The position numbers and the translations under genes were made by a program. Shown here piece after piece: positions 40,784 to 64,000 of a stretch of 64,000 nucleotides of DNA. Source of the DNA: Leucoraja erinacea (lineage: Eukaryota); NCBI RefSeq assembly GCF_028641065.1, contig NC_073400.1, forward strand, positions 20,212,001 to 20,276,000, written 5' to 3'. The first letter of the stretch is position 1. Each line of letters opens with the position of its first letter. The notes under the pieces were generated by a model. The model searched no databases and was not told the DNA's origin. It saw only the letters and a list, made by a program, of their open reading frames with translations.

Positions 40784-42146
40784 ACGCAGGTACAGGACGT
40801 AGGGGTGAGGGAGCAGCGCTGCACTGGGCTGCTGTGGAACCGGCAGCCCCAGAGGGGCCTGCAGTGCTTTCCTGGGCCGCATGACTCCATTCCCACATTC
40901 ATAAACACCCGTTTCTTAAAACTCAGGATCCCTTTAAGACGCGGATCGCGCCAGGGCTGCATAAGCCGAGTCAGCCTTCACCACGCCTCCCCTAGCTTTG
41001 CCACGTATGGTAGAAGGAACGTATCCCGGATGAAAGTGGGAACGTAATGCAGGAGAACCCAGCTCGCGTAAGGCACCCATGGTTCTACCGGTAAAATGAT
41101 CCCACCCACTGTGAGTCCCTTCTCCAATTCTAGGGCCACCTCCTACTGTGACATTAAAATAAATCACATTTTCCCACCTCAAATCTCAGAACAGGCAATC
41201 ACGTTCTTTTGAAAGAGATCGTGTTGACCCAATGCTATTGCCTCCTTGGTCCACTGGTACCCGGTTTGGACTTTGATCCCGTATATGTGATCCCCCGCTC
41301 AGGTCAACGTAAGGCTCCTCCTCGAGTGACCCCGAAGCCGCAGCTGCGTAGCTCCAAGCCCGAGTTGCCGCAATCCTGACGGGTACAAACCAGAAACAGC
41401 AACAGTCTCAGTTTAAAAGCAGAATCAGTCCAAAAGAGCAGCAGAAGCAGTTCTCTCCAGCTGAGCAAGGGAAACGCCTACGCTTATCTTCTCTGCCGAG
41501 AGCAGCATTGGGAGGCTTTTCCCAGGTCTTCCGAGCCTCAAAAAACTGCCGGATTCCAAAAGTACCTTCTCTTCCTTTATGCCCAGGCGACCTGGTCTGG
41601 GCAAAACAGTATGGGAGCAGGTTTTCGATGTTGGAAAACACAAACACCATTTTCTTCTGACTCCCAGTCTCCAGGTACAATTGGCAATCCGCTAGCCACT
41701 GCCAATCCAGAAAAACGCTGTAATTCCTCACTAAATGGAGAAATCCTTTTAAAAAAAGTCCCCACAGTCCGACATTATGTCAAACCTCGAAGTCTCACTG
41801 CTTCGGTCCTTCTTCCTTCGACAAAACCTTTAAAAAGTTACTTTAAAACATCCCAGCCGTTGGAGCAGTGTCACTCGGCATACGACTCTGAGTTTCACTC
41901 TGTGTCTAACCTGTGCCCTGGGAGTGTGTGATGGGACAATGAAGGGGGAGCTTTATCCTGTGTGCAACCTCGGGTATAAGATGGGGTGGGAATGGGATTC
42001 AGCTGCCAGTTTCCATGATGTTTAAACCTATTTTTGTTTCCTCCTCCCCATACCTCCATCAGCCTCCTGGACTGAACTTCGACTTGGATGGTGGGAACTT
42101 ATCAGAGAACGCGGCATTGGGGAGTGAGCAGTGCATGGTCATGTGA
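28632..42146 (+). CDS. PEX19: Peroxisomal biogenesis factor 19, complete, 8 exons, ~291 aa
   Basis: ELQEILESALDDFDK, FFQELFDSELA, LLSKEVLYPS, YPDWLE, LDLMQQLQDLG.PPKELA and the C-terminal CaaX box CMVM* match PEX19; exons in phase. Confidence 0.97.
29338..29432 (+). CDS. PEX19: PEX19 exon 2
   Basis: SALDDFDKPNPATQPTPP...; 95 nt. Confidence 0.9.
29927..30092 (+). CDS. PEX19: PEX19 exon 3
   Basis: EPLFSAQDRFFQELFDSELA...LSEVAGRV; 166 nt. Confidence 0.95.
30260..31120. mobile_element. CR1-like LINE fragments (minus 30260-30590; plus 30760-31120) with interleaved remnants
   Basis: ORF 30249..30788 DKCEVIHFG...QRDLGVLVH...LYRALVRPYLEYC. Confidence 0.8.
31340..32330 (+). mobile_element. Degenerate Penelope-like element
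   Basis: Visual similarity to 48660-49110 (GIY-YIG region) and family terminal motif. Confidence 0.5.
33219..33304 (+). CDS. PEX19: PEX19 exon 4
   Basis: GSDPDSQQEFTSCLQQTLTGLAKNASDLQ; 86 nt. Confidence 0.95.
33742..33918 (+). CDS. PEX19: PEX19 exon 5 (NAGNAG acceptor; may start at 33745)
   Basis: (Q)SPDMSEEELSQAM...LLSKEVLYPSVKEIVDK. Confidence 0.92.
34130..35950. mobile_element. CR1-like LINE fragments (mostly minus strand, 34420-35950)
   Basis: Colinear with the 17500-18660 copy; interrupted by the hairpin insertion at 35283-35426. Confidence 0.75.
35283..35426 (+). mobile_element. Short palindromic Penelope-derived insertion with 15-bp target-site duplication
   Basis: 51-bp stem with AAA loop (35285-35389); CTGGTTCATTGTACA at 35268-35282 and 35427-35441. 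Confidence 0.85.
36534..36710 (+). CDS. PEX19: PEX19 exon 6
   Basis: YPDWLEAHR...ARFETILDLMQQ; 177 nt. Confidence 0.95.
37610..38100 (-). mobile_element. CR1/HER1-like LINE 3' fragment
   Basis: ORF 37744..38163 [16 protein letters not shown]...[10 protein letters not shown]. Confidence 0.88.
38692..38997 (+). mobile_element. Near full-length tRNA-derived SINE (HE1/V-SINE-like)
   Basis: Box A TGGCGCAGCGG (38699), box B GGTTCGATCCC (38742), LINE-like 3' tail TGGGCCGAAGGGCCTGTTTCC...CTAAACTAAA. Confidence 0.85.
39495..39536 (+). CDS. PEX19: PEX19 exon 7
   Basis: LQDLGVPPKELAET; 42 nt. Confidence 0.93.
39841..41889 (-). mobile_element. Tx1/L1-clade non-LTR retrotransposon derivative with nested CR1-like fragment (40378-40640)
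   Basis: Minus-strand C-terminal zinc-knuckle CNFCGEKETVFHVYMEC and downstream FSPTILVFGH...; AATAAA and A-rich tail at the 39841 end. Confidence 0.65.
42063..42146 (+). CDS. PEX19: PEX19 exon 8 (CaaX box, stop)
   Basis: PPGLNFDLDGGNLSENAALGSEQCMVM*; candidate ATTAAA poly(A) signal at ~42727. Confidence 0.95.
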   Translation, partial: PPGLNFDLDGGNLSENAALGSEQCMVM

Positions 42147-42859
42147 CAGCCCAGCCAGTTTGGGTCACAGCTTGGCTCATGTGGAGCTTGCCGAGCCCAC
42201 TTGAATTGTGGGGTGACCGGACAGTGAAGAGGGAGCTTCAATATGTGTGTAACCCCTGCTGTAAGGGATGGATGATGGGATGAGCAGTGGGTTTGAGTGG
42301 AGTCCCTCGGGTGGGGGGGTGGGGGGTCTCTCCCCCATCCTCCAAACTACCTTTCCGCGAGCTAATTAAATGCCCTCTCCCAATCATGGTTTACCTGCTG
42401 CTCCCCTTCCTTGCCTTCCCTTTGTTTGGCAGGATAACATCATCAAGACCAGCCACGGACCACTTCTTCAGCACACTGTTGAGCAAGGTTTGCCTCGCTG
42501 CCTTGTCAGCACTGGTGATTAATGTTGACACTAAATTCAACCCCAGTCCCACGATCCAGGATCTTACTGGCATCATTCTGCTGCCTGATTGAGTACAAGG
42601 GAGATTGGTTGCGGCCATCAGAGATGGAATTGGACCCCGTATATTATTAACAATAATTCATCTGTGTTTATGTATATAATGACTGGATTTCCATTATAAT
42701 AATTAATGTAACAAAGTAATTGATTTATTAAAGACTTTTGTCTCATTTCTCTGGAAATACTCATTTCATACATGTACCTATTTAAAGTGGATCTGTTAAT
42801 GTATGTCATCAAGGGGAAAGCACTCAAATTTTGGGAATCGCATATCACAAAGATTCTGG

Positions 42860-43560
42860 GTGTCAGAACTCACTCATTCCATCCCCCAGGATATCACTGC
42901 AGGAGTTCCTCAGGGCAGTGTCCTGGGCCCAACCATCTTCAGCTGCTTCATCAATGAACATCCTTCCATCCCAAGGTCAGAAGTGGGGATGTTCATTGAT
43001 GATTGCATAATGTTCAGTTCCATTCACAACTTCTCAGTGAGTGAACAGCCCGTGTCTGCATGCAGCAGGACCCAGAAAACATTCAGGCACGGGCTGATAA
43101 GTGGCAAATAACATTCACACCACGCAAGAGGCAGGCAATGACGACCTTCAACACTTATCTGTTTTTCTTCCCATAAATGCCACGTATGCATTTATTCAAA
43201 GGCAGGCTCCAAAGTCTAACCTTTGATATTCATTGGTTTCCATTGCTTAGTCCTCACCACCATCATCACCTTTAATCTGAAAGTCAACTGGACCAGCCAT
43301 GAAAACACCGTGACTGTGGAAAGTGAGTGGCTCACCTGATGTCTCAGAGGCTGCTCACCACCAGCGCTTAGTGGCTGCAGTGTGTACTGTCCACAAAATG
43401 TAATGTAGATACTCACCCAGGGTACTCTGGTCCCACCTCCCCCAACCCAGCAATTCCACCGGCAGGGAGACATCACCACCTCCAGGTCAACCCCCCCCCC
43501 CCCCTAGCCCGACTGGGAAATGTACTGTTGCTCATTCATCGTTACTGGGTATGAATCTTG
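42860..43560 (+). mobile_element. Old LINE (CR1/L2-group) RT fragment
   Basis: ORF 42803..43111 AGVPQGSVLGPTIFSCFINE...GMFIDD. Confidence 0.8.
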
Positions 43561-43717
43561 GAACTTGCTTCCTGCACCTCCCTAACTTACTGCACAGTAC
43601 AATCCCACAAAACGTGCAGGCAGCAACAGTTATTCCAAGAAGGGACTGTCAAGAAAATTCAGCCCCGGTACACTAACACTGTCTGCCCACAGGTGACCAT
43701 GGGGGTTTGTCCTGCTC

Positions 43718-44320
43718 AAGTTTGCCAACCAATTTTCTATCCACGTCAGCACTCTACCCCCAATACCATGTGCCCTAATTTTGCCCACTAATCTCCTATG
43801 TGGGACCTTATCAAATGCTTTCTGAAAGTCCAGGTACACTACATCCACTGGCTCTCCCTTGTCCATTTTCCTAGGTACATCCTCAAAAAATTCCAGAAGA
43901 TTAGTCAAGCATGATTTCCCCTTCGTAATCCCTTGATTGGACAGCATGCAACAAAAGCTTTTCACTGTACATCGTGACAATAAACTAAACTAAAAATTAA
44001 CTAAAACTAACCTTCTGCAGTAGCCTATCATATGGAACCTTATCAAGTGCCTTGCTGAAGTCCATATAAACGACGTCTACAGTTTTGACCCCATCAACCT
44101 TTTGATTATTTGAATAACCCTTTCTGGCTTAATCCCTCCCTTCACCACCTCCAGTTTAAATTCCTGTTGGAATATTTTGGAGGACCAAGAAACCAAGCAG
44201 AACAAAGATTACTTCTTCATAAAAGTCAATGCAATTCGTAAGACACAATCTCACTGCACAAAACCACGTCGACTATCCCTAATCAGCCCATCTATCCAAA
44301 TGCACATATCTTATCCCTCA
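43718..44320 (-). mobile_element. CR1-like LINE RT fragments
   Basis: ORF 43630..43980 KGKSCLTNLLEFFE...[14 protein letters not shown]. Confidence 0.85.
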
Positions 44321-44839
44321 GATTTGGAAAGCACAGACGCTAAGCAGGCTCCTCTTTTTAAGACGAGATGAACGTATCATGTAGTTTATCTGTGAAAGCT
44401 GTTTTCGCAGCGATTGAAGCACCTTGTGGAGTTTGTGAAAAGGGTTATGAAAATCCTATACTTTAGGTGAAATATGGCGTTGGTCTGAAAGGGTCACATT
44501 GTAATGGGAGGAAACATTGCATTTCAGCTGAGCTCTGCCTCTGTTGACACATTTCTCATCAATAACATTAAGTGTGAGAGACACGAAGTAATCCTGTCGT
44601 GATGAGGATATGCAAAAAGAGAAACAAAGATGGCAGCGTGAATGTAAACAGGATGTGATGTTTTTCCTAGTGGTCTGTGAGTGCTCCGGAGGCTTTCTCA
44701 ATACCGCCTGCCGTGTAAAATATTCTCACGGAGTATTGCAAGCACATTTAAATACAATTCAACATGAAGCAGAGTGTTTCGTTCGTGAAATCGTTACGAT
44801 CAACATATGTCAATAAAGTTGATTGATGATTGACGGGCA

Positions 44840-45700
44840 AATTGAACCGGACCCCCTGACCGGCACAAAGATGGCGGACTGGCCGACAGCGGAAGTGACG
44901 TTGCTTGTCTCCGACGGTTAGACTTGTTGTACTGAACTTTTAACAGAATTAGCCAGTTTCAAAATATATTACGCCGCTGATGTTTCCCAGCGGCGAAAGA
45001 AGGGATAAAGAGAACGGCAAGAGGACCGAGAAGAAGGGAATAAGGAGACTTCAACGGGAAAGTAATATTCGTTGTTGACAGTTAATAGGCTTCATCTCCT
45101 TCGATTCTACCGTCTTCTTTAATTATTATTTCACATGTGAAAATGGTCGATAGCTGTGTTAAAGCGAATGTTATCTTGTATCATCAAAATTAATTACGTA
45201 ATTGGGCTGGGATACCATGTTAGGGGGCATCACTTCGATCGGCGGCCATCCTTATAAGGGGCATCGTTCCGGGGCGACGGCCATCTTGATGAGGGGCATT
45301 TTTAGGGACCCGGCCATCTTGTTGAGGGGCGATGCTCTTCATCAATACCCCGGCCATTAACTCTGGACCGATACCGTTAGCTCTATTTCTCTTTCACGGA
45401 TGATGTCTAGCTTTCTGAGTATTCCCATATCTTTCGGTTTTTTGTTTCAGACTTCGGGCAGACTCCTGTAGTTTATTTTCATTTTGTTTGTCCTCCCCTT
45501 GCGCCCTCTTGTTGACTGAGGCGACCATTTTGAGGGGCCGCTTGTCAATCAGCGTTACTGGCAGGCGACGGTTGAAGGGAGGGGGCGGGGCCAGGTCGCC
45601 CGCAACAAAGATGGCGGCGGAGGGACAACGCAACATCAACAACAACAAGCAGAGCAGTTGGAATCTCAGGCCTGGGCCCTAGGGGAAGGGGTTAAAGGCC
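44840..45700 (+). promoter_or_regulatory. Probable DCAF8 promoter and 5' non-coding exon region
   Basis: CpG-enriched. YY1-like AAGATGGCGG at 44868 and 45608; ETS/half-CRE composite GCGGAAGTGACG at ~44889; candidate donor at 44917. Confidence 0.65.
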
Positions 45701-46885
45701 CCAGAAGCTTCCAGAAGGCGCACAGCAGCAGAAAATACAATTATATCCGTGCTGAAGCCTGTGGAGAAGTGGAGTGTTGTGGGAGGGGGTGGAAGGTATG
45801 TTTGGGGGTGATGTCTCTGCTTTTGACCGTTTAATGATGCTTGACATGTGTCCCGTCTTGGGCTGAGGACCAAGGGTCATGTCGTGGTCGCAGGTTGGTC
45901 TGGCAGAGGTTGGCAGGGTCACTTCCTGTATGATGCCCTCCAGTTTCCTGCTTGAGGAGCGCAGTTATGGGTGGTTGGCTGGCCAGGGAATGGGATGGCT
46001 GGCAGGTTCTCTGGAAGTACTTGGCAACCTTTTCTCCTATCTGTGGTGCCTCTGCTTCCAGCTCTCAGAGTAGTAACCCCAGAGCAGGATTTGTGTGTTC
46101 ATGTGGTGCCCGTTGGGGCTTCTGAGAGGATTTTGCTAGGGTTACTGCCTCCTGTTCTGGGAATGCCACCACAGGAGATTCACTGGAGGGACTGGGACCA
46201 TCGGGCCCTTTGGGATGGACAACAAGGTCAATTCCTGTTGGTGCTCACCCTCGTCCTGCCCTGGGATCACTGGCAAGGACATGGCTGGAAGGGTTGGCTG
46301 GCTCAACTACAGCTGACTCTTTCATAACTTTTTGATGTTAATAGGGAGTAGTGGGTTGAGGTAGAAGTGGAAGTCGCAGGGAGTGACTACTTGGCCAGTC
46401 TGGGAAGGGTTGGCATGGTCTTCACCATGACGGCCCTACGTCCTGTTCATTGAGGTGGTCTGGAGGGCTTACAACATGGTTTCTGGTGTGGTCACTTCCT
46501 GAACATGGTGTCTCTGTTTCAAGTCCTGGGAGCACTGCAGAAGATTGGCTGGTAGGGCGAGCAGCTTCACCGAGAGGGCCCAACTGTTTGTTTAGTAGCA
46601 GCTGCGTCCTGGTCTTGCAGGACTTGCCTGGTGGAATCATTCTGGGGCACCTGTATGGCATATATCAGTATACCAGGTGGAGTTCTGGAGTATGTCGCTG
46701 ATAGTAAGTAGGTCAATTATGTGATTGTAGTTTAAAATTGGGGGTCAGGAACTGGTGTGGGCTACTCAGATTCTCAGGCCTGCTCTGCCATTTAGTCAGC
46801 TCACGGCTGATCTAATTGTCAACAGAACTTTGCATTATGGGTTAATTGTAAAGGTTTCAGTCCAGGAAACATTAGCTAGTCGCAA

Positions 46886-47100
46886 TAGACAATTGCTGGA
46901 GAAACTCAGCGGGTGAGGCAGCATCTATGGAGCGAAGGAAATAGGCAACATTTTGGGTCGAAACCCTTCTTCGGAGTGAAAAAGGGTTTCGACCCGAAAC
47001 GTTGCCTATTTCCTTCGCGCCATAGATGCTGCCTCACCCGCTGAATTTCTCCAGCATTTTTGTCTACTTTCGATTTTCCAGCATCTGCAGTTCCTTCTTA
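46886..47100. mobile_element. Palindromic Penelope-derived element (~180-nt hairpin, two opposed hammerhead-like cores)
   Basis: 46888-46972 is nearly the reverse complement of 46978-47065. Confidence 0.75.
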
Positions 47101-48130
47101 AGCAGCTAATGACAATCACATGTTTTTTTTAATATATGTGTGACTGTTCTAGGCAAGACTTCTGGTTGTTGGAGCTTCCTATGTACATTTTGACTGATGC
47201 ATTTTGGCTATTTGTGGGACCTAATGAAATTTAATATGGAGCAAAAAACCAGCGGGCTCAGGAACACAGTCTGAAGAAGGTTCCTGATCTACAACGTCAT
47301 CTGTCCATTTCCACAGATGCCATCTGGCCTGCTGAATGCATCCAGCAGTCTGCTTTTTGCTTGGATTCCAGCATCTGTAATCGGTCATGTCTTTAAATTT
47401 AATGCAGAACTATGTAAGCTGGCTGAGGGAACAAGGAGATACCCCATAGACTTGATGACACCTGTAAATGGTGTGTGAGACAGAGGGGTGCATGTGTGTA
47501 AATCGCAGTGAACAGCAGGGCCTATGGGGTGAGGGGTTGATGAAGCAGGTAGGGCCCCAGGGTCCATTAGGCAGAAAGAACATTAGGCGGAAAGATGGTT
47601 ACAGGACACTCCCCATATCCACCTATGACTTGGAGAGAAGGGGAGACAGGGATTCTATTTCCATCAGGTGGTGGAGGGAGGGGGTTGAGGGGGCAATGGT
47701 TTAAAATTTTGGGTAGTAGGTAGGTCATGGAATGAGTCTTTCTGCCCAGCCCATCTGTGATGCCTATCTAAACCCCTCTCATCTGCCTGAGTTCGACCCA
47801 TAGTGCTCTAAAACCTACTTGCTCATCTACCTGCTTAAATTCCTTTTAAATATTGTCATTGTACCCACCTCTACCTCATAGTCTGGTGGTACTTAGTCTG
47901 GTAGTTTGTTCCATTTATCCACCATTTAATGTTTGGGAAATTGTGCAGCTTGGATCCCTTTTAAACCATTCTCCTACCTGTGCCATCTAGTTTAGGATAG
48001 CACTAGCTTGAGAAAAAGCCGGACAATCCATCTTATCTGCATTCCGTGTAATTTTATAAACCTCTATATGATCGCCCCTTGGCTGCCATTGCTTCAGGGA
48101 AAAGTGATCTAGTCTCTCCTTGTACCTTAA

Positions 48131-48332
48131 AGGGCCGGTCCCACTTACACGACCTTTACAGGCGACTGCCGGCACCCGTGACAGGTCGCCGAAATTTTCA
48201 ACATGTTGAAAATTCAGCGTCGACCAGAAAGACACTATGATTCTTTGGAGACCTCCCACGACCATAGGAGACCTCTCACGACCATACAGGCGACCCCTGG
48301 CGACATGTTGCGGGTGACCTCACACGACCATA
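48131..48332 (+). mobile_element. Probable PIF/Harbinger-like non-autonomous fragment
   Basis: TAA followed by AGGGCCGGTCCCACTT terminus; internal palindrome AATTTTCAACATGTTGAAAATT (48193-48214); repeated CACGACCAT motifs. Confidence 0.5.
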
Positions 48333-48659
48333 TCACCACTGCTTGATAGACAAGATCCAGTCCAGGGTGTGTAAAATGTGTTTATTTTTCGTTCTGTATT
48401 TTATTCACTAATAAATTTGAGAATCAATAATGTGACAGGGAAGTTAGCTTGCCAGGAACAGATAAACGTCAGTTAAAAATCTTGATAGCCTATTTTGTGG
48501 GAGCTTTGGCTCTCCTCCTTCATTGGACCACCGGATTTGATCCAAAAATATTATTATTTCTTGAGTGCTTGGGGATTTCCTCAGCCTATGAGGAGTTGGG
48601 CGCAAATTAAAACTTACGTGAGAGACTTTTTAATTGCATTCAAGGACCAAATGGAATCC

Positions 48660-49110
48660 CTTCCCTCCCGCACCACCCCATCCCCAGGCACTTTCCTTTG
48701 CAACCAAGAGATGCTACACTTGACCCTTTACCTCCCATCTCGACTCCATTTAAGGACCCAAGCACTCGTTCCAGGTGCGACAGAGGTTCACCTGCATCTC
48801 CTCTAACCTCATCTGTTGCATGCGTTCTAGATGTCAGCTGATCTACATCGGTGAGACCAAGCGTAGGCTTGGTCCGCATTAACCAACCTGATCTCCAGGT
48901 GTGCTCATCACTTCAACTCCTCCCATTCCGAATCCGACCTTTCTGTCCTGGGCACCACCGGAAATTGGAGGTGCAGCACCTCTTATTCCGCTTGCGCAGT
49001 TTGCACCCTAACGGCATAAACATTGACTACCAATTTCTGGTAGCCCTTGCTGTCTCCTCCCCTTCTCAGCTGTCCCTCAGCCCTCAGGCTCCTCCTCTTC
49101 CTTTCTCCTT
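48660..49110 (+). mobile_element. Penelope-like element GIY-YIG endonuclease remnant
   Basis: Frameshifted PGTF.C...C..C...FQVRQRFTCISSNLI.C...C.LIYIGETKRRLG. Confidence 0.8.
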
Positions 49111-49142
49111 TCATCTAAATAAGTGCCACCGGTAGTAATTTG

Positions 49143-49440
49143 GTTTTGTTTTGAGAGATGAGAATTGGTCCATTGAGTTAATGCTGACCATCAATCACCC
49201 ATTCACACCAGTTCTATGTTTTGCCACTTCGTCCACTCCCCACGCACTAGCACCAATTCGGAGGTCAATCACCCTGCACATCTCTGGGATGTGGGAGAAA
49301 ACCGGCACACCTGGAGGAAACCCTTGTGATTACAGGGAGACCATGCAAACTCCAAATGGACAGCACCCAAAGCCAGAATCGAACCCGGATTTCTGGTGCC
49401 GTGAGGCAGCAGCTCTACTTGATGTGCCACTGTGCTGCCC
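49143..49440 (-). mobile_element. tRNA-derived SINE (HE1/V-SINE-like)
   Basis: Family match; box B reads TCGAACC on the plus strand at ~49379. Confidence 0.7.
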
Positions 49441-49833
49441 TGCAATCTCCAGTCCCATTGCCTAACTCTGGAACTTCCTACCCAGTTCTCTTACTGCCTC
49501 TGTCCCACCCCCACTGGCAAAGGGGGAAGCAAATATGAATGTATCCTCTGCTGCCAAAATGTTGTGTGTGCTATGAGCAGTTGTGAATGGCAAGCGTGGG
49601 AAGGGTTGTTGGGGCAATGTGGAAATCCTTTTGGTGATTACCAAGTTGTGATGATGGGTTTTGTTGGACAATGGTTTGTACAGATTGTGGGTCGAAGAAA
49701 ATTAGAGGACTCATAACTTATCTGGTGCCTTGGAGTTCAAAATGGCAGCCTGACATTCCCATGGAGCATGATTGTGGGGTCGATTGGCCTTTCCTTTTCT
49801 TCTAGAGCAAGATTGGGGTTTGCTGGATTTTTA

Positions 49834-50290
49834 TAACCATATAACTATTACAGCATGGAAACAGGCCATCTTGGCCCTTCTAGTCCGTGCCGAACACTTA
49901 CTCTCACCTAGTCCCATTTACCTGCACTCAGACCATAATCCTCCATTCCTTTCCCGTCCATATACCTATGCAATTTATTTTTAAATGATAAAATCGAACC
50001 TGCTTCCACCACTTCCACTGGAAGCTCATTCCACACAGCTACCACTCTCTGAGTAAAGAAGTTCCCCCCTCATGTTACCCCTAACCTTTTGTCCCTTCAT
50101 TCTCAAATCATGTCCTCTTGTTTGAATCTTCCCTACTCTCAATGGAAAAAGCTTATCCACGTCAACTCTGTCTATCCCACTCATAATTTTAAAGACCTCT
50201 ATCAAGTCCGCCCTTAACCTTCTGCGCTCCAAAGAATAAAGACCTATCTTGTTCACCTTTCTCTGTAACTTAGGTGCTGAAACCCAGCAC
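49834..50290 (-). mobile_element. Young CR1-like LINE 3' fragment
   Basis: GLYSLERRRLRADLIEVFK; closely similar to 51655-52110. Confidence 0.9.
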
Positions 50291-50374
50291 CTTTTCGTAT
50301 GCGAACATTCATCCCTGTTATTTCTTCTGCCTCTCAGGATCTGCACGGCTGCCATTTCGAGGCACACAGACAAC

Positions 50375-63999
<13,625 letters not shown>

Positions 64000-64000
64000 T

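Noticed and set aside
45850-46700. Several 60-118-aa ORFs upstream of the first DCAF8 coding exon
   Set aside because: No recognisable domain or consistent splice structure; probably decayed repeat or unique intron sequence.

Overview
Vertebrate genomic DNA with spliceosomal introns. The repeat content (HE1/V-SINE-like SINEs, HER1/CR1-like LINEs, Penelope-like elements) suggests a cartilaginous fish, probably a skate or ray (inference). The window holds four housekeeping genes, reconstructed by hand from GT-AG boundaries and recalled human orthologue sequences. They are: the 5' part of COPA (minus strand, coding exons 1-8); complete NCSTN (plus, 17 exons, ~696 aa), head-to-head with COPA across a CpG-rich bidirectional promoter; complete PEX19 (plus, 8 exons, ~291 aa, CaaX end CMVM); and most of DCAF8 (plus, 10 coding exons, truncated by the window end). 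Most ORF-track entries are spurious or TE fragments. The most unusual observations are: a tandem duplication of NCSTN exon 10 with an identical copy 48 nt downstream; an 81-bp near-perfect inverted repeat bracketing NCSTN exons 12-13; a family of palindromic Penelope-derived elements carrying degenerate hammerhead-ribozyme-like cores, one related hairpin copy having a 15-bp TSD; a Tx1-like element inserted into a ~55-bp satellite unit; YY1-motif minisatellites; and a gene order inverted relative to human 1q23. I see no evidence of a wholly new gene system; these are hypotheses to test.
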